DNA of 64,000 bases from an uncultured virus (IMG/VR IMGVR_UViG_3300025655_005747) (Duplodnaviria > Heunggongvirae > Uroviricota > Caudoviricetes), in IMG/VR virus record IMGVR_UViG_3300025655_005747, one strand, 5' to 3'. Position 1 is the first letter of the stretch. Every line of letters begins with the position of its first letter. The position numbers and the translations under genes are program-made. A model generated the notes under the pieces. It had not been told where the DNA came from and did not search any database. It was given only the letters and a program-made list of their open reading frames with translations. Shown here piece by piece: positions 49,201-57,376 of the stretch.

Positions 49201-50061
49201 CAAACAATTCGAGAAGCAGTTGTTGCTATTCCGTATCTGGTCGAAGGTTTGACGGAGGGTGAAACACAACCCACAACAGAGAACGCCAAGACTAGAAAGA
49301 GGTTTATTAACATTCCAACGAAGAGATGGAAAAACGCTCGTCAAGAAGAAGAAGGCAGCATTGAAGGAGATTCGCTCAACACTGCTGGAGCATCTATCCG
49401 CCGTCTTGCGGAGCAGATGGAAAGATACGTGCTTCCTCCGCAGTTTGACTTCTTGAACAATAAAGACATTGACCCGATCGCTATGTATATCTTTGAGTTC
49501 AAGTATGAGTTGGACAAGAATGATCTTGCTTACATCTGGCAAAACCTTGCACCAAGAGGATATGAAAAGGCTACATTCGAGAAAGATATGGTTGCGCACG
49601 AGCTTCTGAACACAGAGTTGCTTACGGAGCAAAACCTGTTATCTAACCCGAACTTGCGATGGATGGTGTTCAAGGTCAAGCAAAGAGGACAAACGCTGTA
49701 CCGAGACATGATCACTGGTCAAATCGACGAGTCCACCTTCCAGCCCGGTTTTGCTGAAAACGATGCAAGCGGCTATCCTCTACTGTATAACTGGCCATAT
49801 GACTACATTTCCATTGTCGAAACAATCAACTTTGATGTAGATGTTAAATACGATAGAGAAACAACCAAGAAAATGAAGTCAGATACGATGAGAAACATCG
49901 GCGCCCAAAACCAAATTCTGAATAAGAAACAACGTGGACCGGGCATGACTATGAAGAAATTGGATAAGAAACAAGTTTCAAAAGAAATTCCCGATAAGGG
50001 AGTAAAGCCAAAGTCGGCTAGTAAACGCTCTGCTCGTACATCGACAAAATATAGAAAATAA
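40282..50061 (+). CDS. Giant baseplate/tail protein (3259 aa) with LamG-like domains and a gp7/P2-I-like segment
   Basis: LamG motifs TVEFW, WKHYAFV, LYVNG and GSIDEFRFW. IYKSKGTERSIRNVLRCF resembles the KGT motif of gp7/P2 gpI wedge proteins. Confidence 0.75.
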   Translation: MSIKDLFGRQVLSDKNKKDLASDIESADNLKAIKTKQDSFVPQVDYDNPDTFAKYGSANLYYKSAIERIINYYPYDGSDAEINTFYNKSLDIEKYIFDKKYPRTTGYIKLSTAGTSTSIVRNGYGLPTTLEYITFNGGPNTVSETGKLSTLIPDPTNSKFQYNNLYDDNLYVNNGYPSDYGSGTRESNLKSDFDTGVTVEFWTSTGSIEISSTEKQVVFDMWNNNASSSADYGRITIELDGTAAASPWLITVQSGATGIFQQTLGQELNLNSLEDWKHYAFVFQNSGSDFHAKLYVNGELEDTNIYTSTTIGELTPNAMQGRLGALLTAPATLAVGGVLPSAYIGAGKLSGSIDEFRFWKTARNAEQIGRNWFTQIRGGVNTDIANTTLGMYYKFNEGITGTSSIDSVVLDYGGRVCNGTWTGYSSVSRNTGSAIVSASAANFEYLDPIIYDTHPDVVTLKSDLEAKGLYHDRQNSTQFINLIPSWVLEEVQNDGGADGDSDLEKLSHIMGAYFDKLYLQISALPKLRHEQYTSSSYKPLPFAQHLPESLGLMMPEIFVDGNVLEKFANRNDSELYESELNDTKNIIYQNLYNSLTSIYKSKGTERSIRNVLRCFNVDDNLVYFKTYSDNQTYELNTNVKQTLKKKKRLNFNTASAAHAVMYQDADPAIPDSQGFITGGTGQPAIDGVPAGVSSATGSQDRYGFTVESSIYFPRFFNIADSYQRNFFTASLFGMQTVFTGSTGTGYAGGTTSLTGAQDIANFQVYAIRDDLNSRNVRFKLTSSFDPHPFDALESQTFMSAYNSENWNLSVGLRPTKKFSGFVSGSDDYAYEVVFRGFNNKLGTINNSFAVSASITAEAGKNMIRSNKRLYVGAQNTNLTGANVYPCDVEFNGLKYWTQYIDDLSLKQHSLDRENAGISGSYQNTSPFDSENTTHDVYNLNALALNWHFGTITGSDSSGNFYSTDISSGSAFVRDNFGWNAKISGYPHPGKGHGFRASSDIVVNNELVNEYKFIDPELVTSDDMVNVLDADDELYGLFDEVPSYVHTVEKSLYAAISEEILDYFAGAVDFNNIIGDPVHRYRENYKPLETLREIYFKKFNNIRTVEAFTEYYKWFDDAIANIIEQIVPASANFVGDAYNVVESHILERPKYKSQFPTIEFKTPELEASLAGAEALRLSYIDDLFGGVEASPRPTNIHKNYWKKRAQPGARGTGSFEISSGDAEVDAQRVKLRNIMHSRPAFSASNATLSQADGTTYQRNHRLQTQLGGTVSFGNSELNRTIKGGVNFPPNKSFAFAYASTYPAGPVNTTDGVFIPENVLLGFTEDFTPIDNIEQWNEEGNVGKKRHRTIGVVQGRDYDGGYNYTNIKSNFAFPFNIMSGTIKGGADDYISARLSSSVTITNLHNDVYGDELEKPMQGPFTEYAVGGHQSRHVSLNSGSDDYTNRAEAWKILLGLRGPCPGDVWLSGAIGLVSADYPWPEANEVGETPYPMTASHKAVYYRDFVAKRPVNIRNILMRTGSTILGNYEHNYEVVHSFDTYANPRQFIETQPALPTQIFQNNSTSSTQTRTFLDLHRTDEGHYQFVDEYNTHYLTGTANKSIIATRFSTVGGALTDGTGYRDFRSNTFSPYNAINNRYLTVIKPSQGPSGSISEATGSGTTGIRVYDIHGKDYGLNSHYARHTARFGRDSLFVTAPGTSYEELPGFHKTHRNNICGLRVLSTNIDHVDLDGDNNPDAYQEISTIGNKPLYDNFNIQHQIPRDTRQYAWIAASLESTASWWSCGFTPARFEIRSGSTMIEPLNFVSASEVGRNIVGISTIWFPRYANQPGTYVNAFVPQTPGINSNIYEPLTASTNTLGYPTSIPLTDTTEANTQYLNTSNIGLVLGGVVSDGPAFNNLMWKRGNQYAGANWVRMRQGDHPILVNERRNNTLSTIYTGSALRHFALPPVSTKGRPVLLNMDYANSFSTSVGGYREQVENVTLQTTYNNEMIGFNEQELNTFANINFDSEVTSFEQLVAMRARNNINLNWIVYSENLFPSARREFISSSTTRVGYDNAFWRDTIENRVTGGMGVPNSLGVENYFTPSSTDPDGAVRYITQSIWPLDEPSDFETRTAPPIVFYDGSDYYESSLIVSNSAGELQNTYSLYHFNTSILTLQKRLDIGSTIRNAGLYSRKHMLNSPLSAFNPVGISSSTNNLVDGMEANNTRLALPSEPVAAGVTASFATGSGEAAWQAPTLAGYLTTSNGVVGFVSSPSKPWYNDYDDFRYDIKTMAKGYGVVPEFRVSEQIEKYGKVGIDGEIFDYLEIPGTNLSSSQDTFYKDYSNSDFMQNFLDIKGMSGLKASEIRLTCKAAIKFNPYKGFYPAQRTLDLVSQFSRSYADSISFSYTGPGGTDWGTIADSRNIQFSFTRPLIQPLFAPGIMYNSIKSGLAVDYPVVTNGWKVLNQLVTGAADASGDYPENYMIASTFSSSVDIGGGSSDYTSGAFWDLRVPFEAIMNPARYLNGVSLPDIEPHPKSRVPITISASLNAQNAGEEYNRMSSNFFAEVGKFFLQGGDYTKLRSTGVDLGKKKFTGEEVYGARLRMRTSYEGSRTYENEVGSDGTNYFYSANGAQAFFKNYTTASTPAASEITGISGSYELPQDPERQTSFKHNFVMYSRPTAFGPAVSGRQDVYELLPGRVASADTGGIEVSGSDFNLSASAYGVKDSLNGYNWSFTPPYYYGEAWVDFIFRPSASVEYDLTRILAETRIVKRRYDPGSDMVGHKKIEGFYCRTLHRDQAMIWSDSGSLDSYFDSFSQIVPSETNFGSNFTPYASENINDNAMQLDSCLNLFGIEYEQKAKTNKFGLQISKDNEQASQRWVIQPKFETPMMNFADSGVRPLTTDNVTIPQNFGSESVPRGMWHQFGTLPSSRTEGIFMEIGDIPANWLKNHYEVVTGSSIYNNYAASGDPNLYKNMKSFSKLCGFDENNSSVRLGEVADRQTIREAVVAIPYLVEGLTEGETQPTTENAKTRKRFINIPTKRWKNARQEEEGSIEGDSLNTAGASIRRLAEQMERYVLPPQFDFLNNKDIDPIAMYIFEFKYELDKNDLAYIWQNLAPRGYEKATFEKDMVAHELLNTELLTEQNLLSNPNLRWMVFKVKQRGQTLYRDMITGQIDESTFQPGFAENDASGYPLLYNWPYDYISIVETINFDVDVKYDRETTKKMKSDTMRNIGAQNQILNKKQRGPGMTMKKLDKKQVSKEIPDKGVKPKSASKRSARTSTKYRK

Positions 50062-50083
50062 TACAAAGGCATAATTACCATAA

Positions 50084-51169
50084 ATGACGAAGATTCTCGA
50101 CAAGAAACAGACAGTATTAGATTTTCAGTTAACTGGCTACGGCAAGTATCTGATGTCAGTAGGTCAGTATGCGCCAAAGTATTATGCTTTTTACGATGAT
50201 AACATTGTATACGACAACCAATACAATAACATAAGTGAATCACAGAACTCAATTAACGAAAGAATTAAAGATGAAACCCCATATATAAGCACGCTAACTT
50301 TATTTGAAAATATCGACGGTTTACAGCAGCAATTAGTAAAAACCGATACGGAGGAAGTACTCAGGACCGACATCGGTACGGGCACAGCCTATCGATTTAT
50401 GAAAGCAGATAATTACTTTCTTTCTGATATTACCCCGATTAAGTACGCGCCGCGTAAAGATATCTTTAGATACGGCGCCGCAATTGGGGATGCGCTTTTA
50501 GAATCCAAAGACACAGACGCAGCCCCAGCTTGGAAAGTTATTGTACTAAATGGAGAGATAACAAGCACACAAACTCATTTTGAAGTACAAGCAAACGTTT
50601 CGGGAACTATCCCGCAAGTAAACATAACAGTTGATTACAAAAAAGAAATTAGAGACAGCAGATATCCAACTAGACAATCTGATCAAATTTCTCCAAACGG
50701 ATCTTCACCCCGCGCAGGAGCCGCCAGCACATCAGAATTTGAAGATGGAAACTTTGTTTACTTGTCTGCGCAAGATCCAATAGTATATATCGACGAGGTT
50801 AACACAGAATTGCTAACTGAAAACTATGATGTAGAAGTATTTATCGTGTCTTCATCAGCAGGAAGTCCACCGGATTTGCAAAGAAAATTCTTTGAGACTG
50901 TTGACGAACAAATTGTAAATGGAATGATGATAAAAGCAAATCCGGATCCAAAATACAGTGGTGAAATACCAAGAACAGCAGTTGAATATTATTTTGATTT
51001 TAATAGTGATAGTTTAGCGGACAGAAATATAGTTTGCCGACAACTACAAAATTACAACAAAACATCGTATTATATTGACTTGGATATCGATTGCGCGGGT
51101 ACAGAGACAGAAGATGTATACTTTGATATTTACGGAAGCCAAGTGGAGCCTGAGATATGCCTAGACTAA
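50084..51169 (+). CDS. Virion structural protein, N-terminally paralogous to 60303..61328
   Basis: LDFQLTGYGKYLMS.G....YYAFYDDNIVYD. Confidence 0.65.
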   Translation: MTKILDKKQTVLDFQLTGYGKYLMSVGQYAPKYYAFYDDNIVYDNQYNNISESQNSINERIKDETPYISTLTLFENIDGLQQQLVKTDTEEVLRTDIGTGTAYRFMKADNYFLSDITPIKYAPRKDIFRYGAAIGDALLESKDTDAAPAWKVIVLNGEITSTQTHFEVQANVSGTIPQVNITVDYKKEIRDSRYPTRQSDQISPNGSSPRAGAASTSEFEDGNFVYLSAQDPIVYIDEVNTELLTENYDVEVFIVSSSAGSPPDLQRKFFETVDEQIVNGMMIKANPDPKYSGEIPRTAVEYYFDFNSDSLADRNIVCRQLQNYNKTSYYIDLDIDCAGTETEDVYFDIYGSQVEPEICLD

Positions 51170-54100
51170 CAAAAGAACAAGCCATAGATTACTACGGCAG
51201 AAACCTTCCCACACCAACAATTGATAAGATTACCTTATCGAATCTTCCAGACTCTCTTAAGGAAGAAGCTATTGAACTGATAAAAACTGAAGATTCAGAC
51301 TTTAGTTCCGAAATCGAAGTGGAGAGTTTTTTATCTGATGTTATTAAGGTAGACATCGACGTTTCTTTTCTGTTTTCAACAGACGAAGAATTCAACACAA
51401 AAGACATTGAAAAGGCTTTATTCGATGTACAAAAGGATACAGATGGTGATGATCGATCGTTATACTTAACTTTGTATACATCGTATGACCGAATAAGAGA
51501 TAATGAGTCGGTTTTTAAAACTGATATTGTAAGTAATTTTGTTCCATCTCCCATGTTGCGCGATATGATAATGTCTGAGGCTTATGAGCCTGGGACAATT
51601 GATTTTAACAGATTTGAAAGCAATAAATTTTTTACTGGTGTCTCTGAAGTAATTCCTTTGATATCTGTTCCGTTGTCTGATTATGAGACTGTTGCAGAAC
51701 TAACGCCAGAAATGGATGCTGACGGCAACGCAGTAATCCGAATAGCAAACATAAAAATCACAACATATCTAAAAGATTTTGAGAGTCAAGAAAACATGAA
51801 TGTGTTTTGTGCTGTTAGCTCAAGACATCCTTATGAAATAAAAACGCCAACATCTTTTTCGCTGGATCCAATTACAATTTCAATGAACTACAGTGATATT
51901 AGTTATGAAACAATAGTCAAAGACGGTAAAATATCAATAATTGAAGAGCCAACATATGTTGATAGCAACGGTATACAATACCCGAACAAGCCTATGGCGG
52001 CAATAAATGGTAAATACTATAAAACAGATGATTTTGGAAAGAAACAAATAGCAAACTCGGTGCTTGCTTTGATAGGCGAATATAAAACCAGAGCAATGGT
52101 AGATGAGGAATTGCAAACTATTTCAGATGAGTTACAAACAATTGTGGTTGCACAACAAAATAGAATAGACTTCTTACAGAGTCTTAACAAGGCAGCCCAA
52201 GGATTTACAGCAACCAACCCAGTTTCGCAGGCAATAAGATTTACAGAAAGACTGCGAATACTGATAAACAACGCAGACGCCGTACTGCGCTCTCAAGAAG
52301 AAGTTGTAAGAAGAGTTTTTCGTAATTATAAGATCGTAGATTCTCGAACAGTTATAGTATCAGAAACATCAGCGCCATCATTTAACGATAGTCTTACTGA
52401 TAGAGATTTTTTGTATCAAGAAGTTTTTAACACGAATATAGCAAATTACGTACCAATGGTCACTGCTGGTTCTGATTACCCCGGAAAAGCAGAGTTACCG
52501 GTGTCTCCATCGGAAATGGTTGGAGAATACAAAGAAGACATAACTCTCATTCGAGAGCAACTGCAAAATATATTAGTCCCTTTCTCAACTGAGGGTTCTG
52601 CAACCGCACCTTTATTAGATAGGATTAACGACGCAATCGAAGACACTGCACGTTGGTGTTTTGATGGTTGGGCTGGTAAGTTTATTAAAGGTAGTACCCA
52701 TGAAGCATATCAAAATGCTGATGGTCATGCTGGTGTTCATTACTATATTACTCCGAATCTTTTTGGCGACGATCCACTGGTGGAATCTAGTCGATGGTAC
52801 TGGAACTGGAGTTACAGCAAAGACGAATACACCATCACAGAAAAGACTAGATACGGCGAGAAATTTTATTACATTGAGTGGTCAAAATTAAAAGATGGGA
52901 TGGCTCCTCATGATAATGAGGTGCAACGTTGGAAAAATTTAGTTGAAGGCACCGTTGGGCGAAGTGGAGAATTACCTAAATTTCCATGGAGAAAAACGAA
53001 CGGGATTTGGTCTGGAATTTCAAAAGACAACCCAGATAACGATAGTATTGAAGGACGCAGCCCGGAGACAATAACAAATAGATTCGGATACATCCCCTCT
53101 CCGGATTCAAGCAGACCAGATAACTCGCCCCCCAATAATGGACCGTCTTACCAAATTTCTTGGACATCCGCCAAACTACCAGATAAGTATAGCAAACCTG
53201 CTTTCTCAAGGGGTGAAGCAGAATCTGATGTTTGGGAAAAAAGAACATGGTATTGGTTTGATCCGTTCTTTTGGACTACGGTTTCTCAAGAAGAGATTAA
53301 CGGACTATATTCTTTAGCACAACAAGAAGAGCAAATCGAATTTTTTGTACCAAATAAGGTAGGAGTCTTAACAGAATATGGGGACTTCGAATGGGAACGA
53401 GATGGCGAATTTGCTTGGGATCCCGATGGCGAACATGCTGATATGTATATGTCGGTGAAGTATGATAAAGTTGGATCAGTCAAGGTGCTTCACTCCAACA
53501 CTCTTTCTGATCCTTACGACGATAGTTCTCCAAGTGGTTTAAGAGGACTCAGCACACTTGATGTTACTAGTCAGCAATTAATATGGTGGCGGTGCGCACG
53601 CAGGAAGTATAATTCAATCTACAACAAAGTAAAAGAAATATTCTACAGCTTCTACGGCATCGATCCAGAAACATTAGAGTTTGTCGGAGGCACAGGGGCT
53701 ATCTCTGGAAGACCCGCCGGAGAAGACACCAACCCAGAAACAGATTTGGATAGATATATTTCCGAGGGTCCATATCGAATAGTAGAAAAAGTACTGCAAG
53801 ACATTTTAGAAAAAATTGATAGTAGACCTGCCGATGACTTTGATACAGAAGCAGAGCGACGAGTTGCTGCTTCTTTGTATATTAATGAACTTGGCGAAAA
53901 AATATTAGATGAAGCGGAAGCGTATTATACTACTAAAGGCTGTAAAATATATGCTTGCACCGCACGCCCAGCACGTCATTCTGTAACACCATTTGGAGAA
54001 CCGACACCGGGAGTATACGGTAATCGCTTTCCAGATGTCGGGATGAAAACTTTGGAGCGTTCTGGGAACTTGCACGGCAGCATTGCTTATGGGGTGTGGG

Positions 54101-55755
54101 GTCCTTTAACTCTTTCAAGTGGTGCCTCGGCAGAATATTCAGAAGGAAATGTATATTACAAAAACTTTGGACAAGATCTAATAAATCTGCTTGTAGAAAA
54201 CTTCAACCAAAACAGAGACGAAATACAACAACTGATATCAAATTACATTAGTCGCCGCGCACTGTTTAGCGGTTTCAAAAGCGATACTGGTATCCACTCA
54301 GCATTGGCGGAAATTGATATCGTGGTCAGTAAGTATGGCTATTTCTTCTTCGATATGGAGAAATACATAAGAAACAATTCGCATTTAGCAAAAGTAATAA
54401 ATGTGGACAGATTTATGGATAATTTTGCGTCTGCTAGGTTTATGACGAATGCAGCATGCAACCTTGTAGAGGCTAGTGTAGAATTGGACAACTTTGGTAT
54501 TGATCCGTTAACTGGTACTTCGACGACCACAAAAGCCGCAAAACTCACGCTTCTTAAAAACGAAAGCGATATGTTAACCAAATCACAGCCATACAATTTT
54601 GAAAACATGACTTTCGAATCTCCGATTGAGCCAGTAACAGAGCGACCACTCGTCTACAGAAAAATAAATGCTTTGCAAGGAATTTCTTTCGAACAAATAA
54701 CAGAGTTTACAAATGATCGCCCTATTGTTGATTCTGAGTCCGCACTCGCTGCCTCCGCAACAGCCACCACCGACCCGCTCTCTGGTGGATCCAGTGGGGC
54801 TCCTGGTACCATAGGATATATATCTGTAGGTGGAGGTGGAGAAACAAGCACCACGGACGTACCCGATGCTACGCTGGGAGAATCTTTAGCAGAAGCGCGT
54901 GAGCGCCTTATGTCTTATGAAATGCAGATTGCAAGACAAGAAGTGGATATAGAAGATTTAACAGCACCAGCTAGTCAATACGCCCCCAAGCAAATACATT
55001 CTAATTTGGTAATGAGAAATTATGCTTTTCCTGGGTATAGCAATCTTTCATTAAAAGCCGGCAAAACTTGGCGCCGAGATTATCGTATGATGATGTTTAG
55101 ATATCAGTTTTTTGTAGACGATGATGATGTGTTTAGATTTTCCGGAGATCCCGAACTAGATGATGGAAATGTTTCTTATGATAATGTGGCTTTTGAAATA
55201 CGAATAAACGATAGATCAGAGCAAACATATTATGAAATAGTTGAACAATTTAGAGTCGCTTTGGAGTATTTTAATGACGAATACGTTGAATATGCAGAGG
55301 AAGCCTGTGCATTTAATTCTTTTGATCAATCGTTTAACAATTTTTTCATAAACCAAATGACTGATAAATACCCGACACCACCCAATACACCATGGCACAA
55401 GATGGTTGCGTACTATATCATATATCGCAACATGCTGTCCGATGAATTTGATGGAAGCACTTTATTGATGTTTGAGGCTGGCGACCGCATTTTAGAAAAG
55501 ATTAGACCTGAAACCGGCAACTTAGAATCGCTTAGAAACTTTTATGATACCTGTCTTGCAACTTTAGCAACACTCGAAGCAGGCGAAGAGTTTTTGGGAA
55601 GCGAGGAATTGGAACAAGAGTTTGTTTTTAGATATGAAGATGTTATTGGAGCCCCGATTATCGATCACATCGGAGATTACTCAGACCGACTTGAAGATCC
55701 TCGTATTTCAGAGTTTGGTGGTGACGAAGATCTGTATGACTACGAAGACTTTTAA
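51157..55755 (+). CDS. Large acidic putative virion protein (1532 aa)
   Basis: Long ORF within the structural module; no recognised domain. Confidence 0.65.
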   Translation: MPRLTKEQAIDYYGRNLPTPTIDKITLSNLPDSLKEEAIELIKTEDSDFSSEIEVESFLSDVIKVDIDVSFLFSTDEEFNTKDIEKALFDVQKDTDGDDRSLYLTLYTSYDRIRDNESVFKTDIVSNFVPSPMLRDMIMSEAYEPGTIDFNRFESNKFFTGVSEVIPLISVPLSDYETVAELTPEMDADGNAVIRIANIKITTYLKDFESQENMNVFCAVSSRHPYEIKTPTSFSLDPITISMNYSDISYETIVKDGKISIIEEPTYVDSNGIQYPNKPMAAINGKYYKTDDFGKKQIANSVLALIGEYKTRAMVDEELQTISDELQTIVVAQQNRIDFLQSLNKAAQGFTATNPVSQAIRFTERLRILINNADAVLRSQEEVVRRVFRNYKIVDSRTVIVSETSAPSFNDSLTDRDFLYQEVFNTNIANYVPMVTAGSDYPGKAELPVSPSEMVGEYKEDITLIREQLQNILVPFSTEGSATAPLLDRINDAIEDTARWCFDGWAGKFIKGSTHEAYQNADGHAGVHYYITPNLFGDDPLVESSRWYWNWSYSKDEYTITEKTRYGEKFYYIEWSKLKDGMAPHDNEVQRWKNLVEGTVGRSGELPKFPWRKTNGIWSGISKDNPDNDSIEGRSPETITNRFGYIPSPDSSRPDNSPPNNGPSYQISWTSAKLPDKYSKPAFSRGEAESDVWEKRTWYWFDPFFWTTVSQEEINGLYSLAQQEEQIEFFVPNKVGVLTEYGDFEWERDGEFAWDPDGEHADMYMSVKYDKVGSVKVLHSNTLSDPYDDSSPSGLRGLSTLDVTSQQLIWWRCARRKYNSIYNKVKEIFYSFYGIDPETLEFVGGTGAISGRPAGEDTNPETDLDRYISEGPYRIVEKVLQDILEKIDSRPADDFDTEAERRVAASLYINELGEKILDEAEAYYTTKGCKIYACTARPARHSVTPFGEPTPGVYGNRFPDVGMKTLERSGNLHGSIAYGVWGPLTLSSGASAEYSEGNVYYKNFGQDLINLLVENFNQNRDEIQQLISNYISRRALFSGFKSDTGIHSALAEIDIVVSKYGYFFFDMEKYIRNNSHLAKVINVDRFMDNFASARFMTNAACNLVEASVELDNFGIDPLTGTSTTTKAAKLTLLKNESDMLTKSQPYNFENMTFESPIEPVTERPLVYRKINALQGISFEQITEFTNDRPIVDSESALAASATATTDPLSGGSSGAPGTIGYISVGGGGETSTTDVPDATLGESLAEARERLMSYEMQIARQEVDIEDLTAPASQYAPKQIHSNLVMRNYAFPGYSNLSLKAGKTWRRDYRMMMFRYQFFVDDDDVFRFSGDPELDDGNVSYDNVAFEIRINDRSEQTYYEIVEQFRVALEYFNDEYVEYAEEACAFNSFDQSFNNFFINQMTDKYPTPPNTPWHKMVAYYIIYRNMLSDEFDGSTLLMFEAGDRILEKIRPETGNLESLRNFYDTCLATLATLEAGEEFLGSEELEQEFVFRYEDVIGAPIIDHIGDYSDRLEDPRISEFGGDEDLYDYEDF

Positions 55756-55780
55756 ACCGAATTGATATTTTATCATAAAC

Positions 55781-55788
55781 ACTAATTA
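55781..55788 (+). promoter_or_regulatory. ACTAnTTA candidate phage promoter motif
   Basis: ACTAATTA in an intergenic gap, followed by GAGG and ATG 55807. Confidence 0.45.
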
Positions 55789-55806
55789 TTCCAAAGAGGA
55801 TACAGA

Positions 55807-56379
55807 ATGTTACTTAGGACATCCATAATAAAGCCAACAAAAGCTCCGATTAGTTCTAAAAGAAATAGAAAACAAATCTTTATAGACAAGATTGTTGATC
55901 CCGCAAAAGAACCTACGCTGTTCAATATTGAGTCAGCAAGGATGAGTGTTGAAGCTAAAACTGGTCCAATTCAAGATATTAAAGAATTAAGAAAACCAAA
56001 ATCAATCAAAAGTAACAGAAGAGATGTAGTTGCACGCGAAACACTCGCAAAACTCAACGTCACAGCCACTCAGCACACAGAGACGTTTTCTTTATTAGAA
56101 GACAATTCAGATAAAAACACAGTTCGCAATTATAGAATTATGGATGTTAAAGATTTTGAGAACACAATAAATTTACAAGTGGTTGCAAAAGATAAGTTCC
56201 CTCATAATAATGACCCGTTTTATCAGTTAGATGAGTCTATCCGCACACCGCGTGTTTATAAAACCGTAACGACTTCTGGTGGTGACTTCAAGAGAGAGCC
56301 AGACTTATCTTTTATTCTATCTAATTTAACAATTTTAAATCAAAAATCTACCTATCACGGTAAATCTAAGTACTTCTAA
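55807..56379 (+). CDS. Hypothetical basic protein
   Basis: 190-aa ORF with a GAGGA RBS. Confidence 0.7.
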   Translation: MLLRTSIIKPTKAPISSKRNRKQIFIDKIVDPAKEPTLFNIESARMSVEAKTGPIQDIKELRKPKSIKSNRRDVVARETLAKLNVTATQHTETFSLLEDNSDKNTVRNYRIMDVKDFENTINLQVVAKDKFPHNNDPFYQLDESIRTPRVYKTVTTSGGDFKREPDLSFILSNLTILNQKSTYHGKSKYF

Positions 56380-56395
56380 GGAGAATTGCTAAACA

Positions 56396-57376
56396 ATGCC
56401 CGCCGCACCAGTTGCCCCAGATCCTAAGCGCGCCAGCCCCACAGATGAGCTAGCAGCAGAATACCCAGAGAGACCAGAAACTATTGTTGGGCTAGATACT
56501 TCAATTGAACTTGAAGGGTTAGGTGAGAATATCACGATCGGCAGTGATTCTATTGATGAGACAACGATTATTGAAACAGGATTGCAACAGATACTTCTTG
56601 GAGACATCATATCTTCAAATATGGATCCTACAACAGGAGACACAATAAATACTGAATATGCGACCGAGTTCACGACTGTTGCGTATGCGACAGATACTCC
56701 GTCCGCTATCCCGGCGTGGTATAGTCAAATACAACAAGATGTTATTTCAGAGTCGGGGTTCGGTGGAATAGTGTTAACCGCCATCTCAGTGAACAGCATG
56801 TATATAGATCAGGACAATGGTGAAAACGATCTTAAAACAGAAAACATAGTCCTTTATGGGCACGTTAATCACCCAGAAGACATGAGTGAACCAATAATAA
56901 GCGATGACGAATCTTCTGTTGGCTCCGAAGATGTGCAGACATACATATATCCTGATCCGTGGCTTTATGATGAGGCAGAAAGAGTATCGTTAAAGACAAA
57001 ATTTGGTTTTGATGGAACCATTCCTCCAATGGCTAGTAATACCGAAAGAAATGTAGCTAGATACCATATACAACAAGAAATGTCCGAAATTGCAGGCTTG
57101 TTGGCGACAGGTTTCTCCGAAAGACAAGGCATAAGAAAAATAGCCCAAAGACCTGATTATGGAGATAATTACGAGTACATACCAGACTCGGAACAAATGG
57201 AAAGTACAAGCCTCGTCCAACAAATTGTAAAGACAAGCACACCATCAACATCAGTCGGAACAGAGCCGGCTGAAATCTCTGCCGATCCAGAATTTGTCGA
57301 TAGTGAATTTGAAGAAGAAATCAGACCAGCGCCCGGTGAGTCTGTGCCGGCACCGGGCACACCAGGAGCATACTAA
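56396..57376 (+). CDS. Hypothetical acidic protein with Pro-rich termini
   Basis: 326-aa ORF with AAGGAG upstream. Confidence 0.7.
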   Translation: MPAAPVAPDPKRASPTDELAAEYPERPETIVGLDTSIELEGLGENITIGSDSIDETTIIETGLQQILLGDIISSNMDPTTGDTINTEYATEFTTVAYATDTPSAIPAWYSQIQQDVISESGFGGIVLTAISVNSMYIDQDNGENDLKTENIVLYGHVNHPEDMSEPIISDDESSVGSEDVQTYIYPDPWLYDEAERVSLKTKFGFDGTIPPMASNTERNVARYHIQQEMSEIAGLLATGFSERQGIRKIAQRPDYGDNYEYIPDSEQMESTSLVQQIVKTSTPSTSVGTEPAEISADPEFVDSEFEEEIRPAPGESVPAPGTPGAY

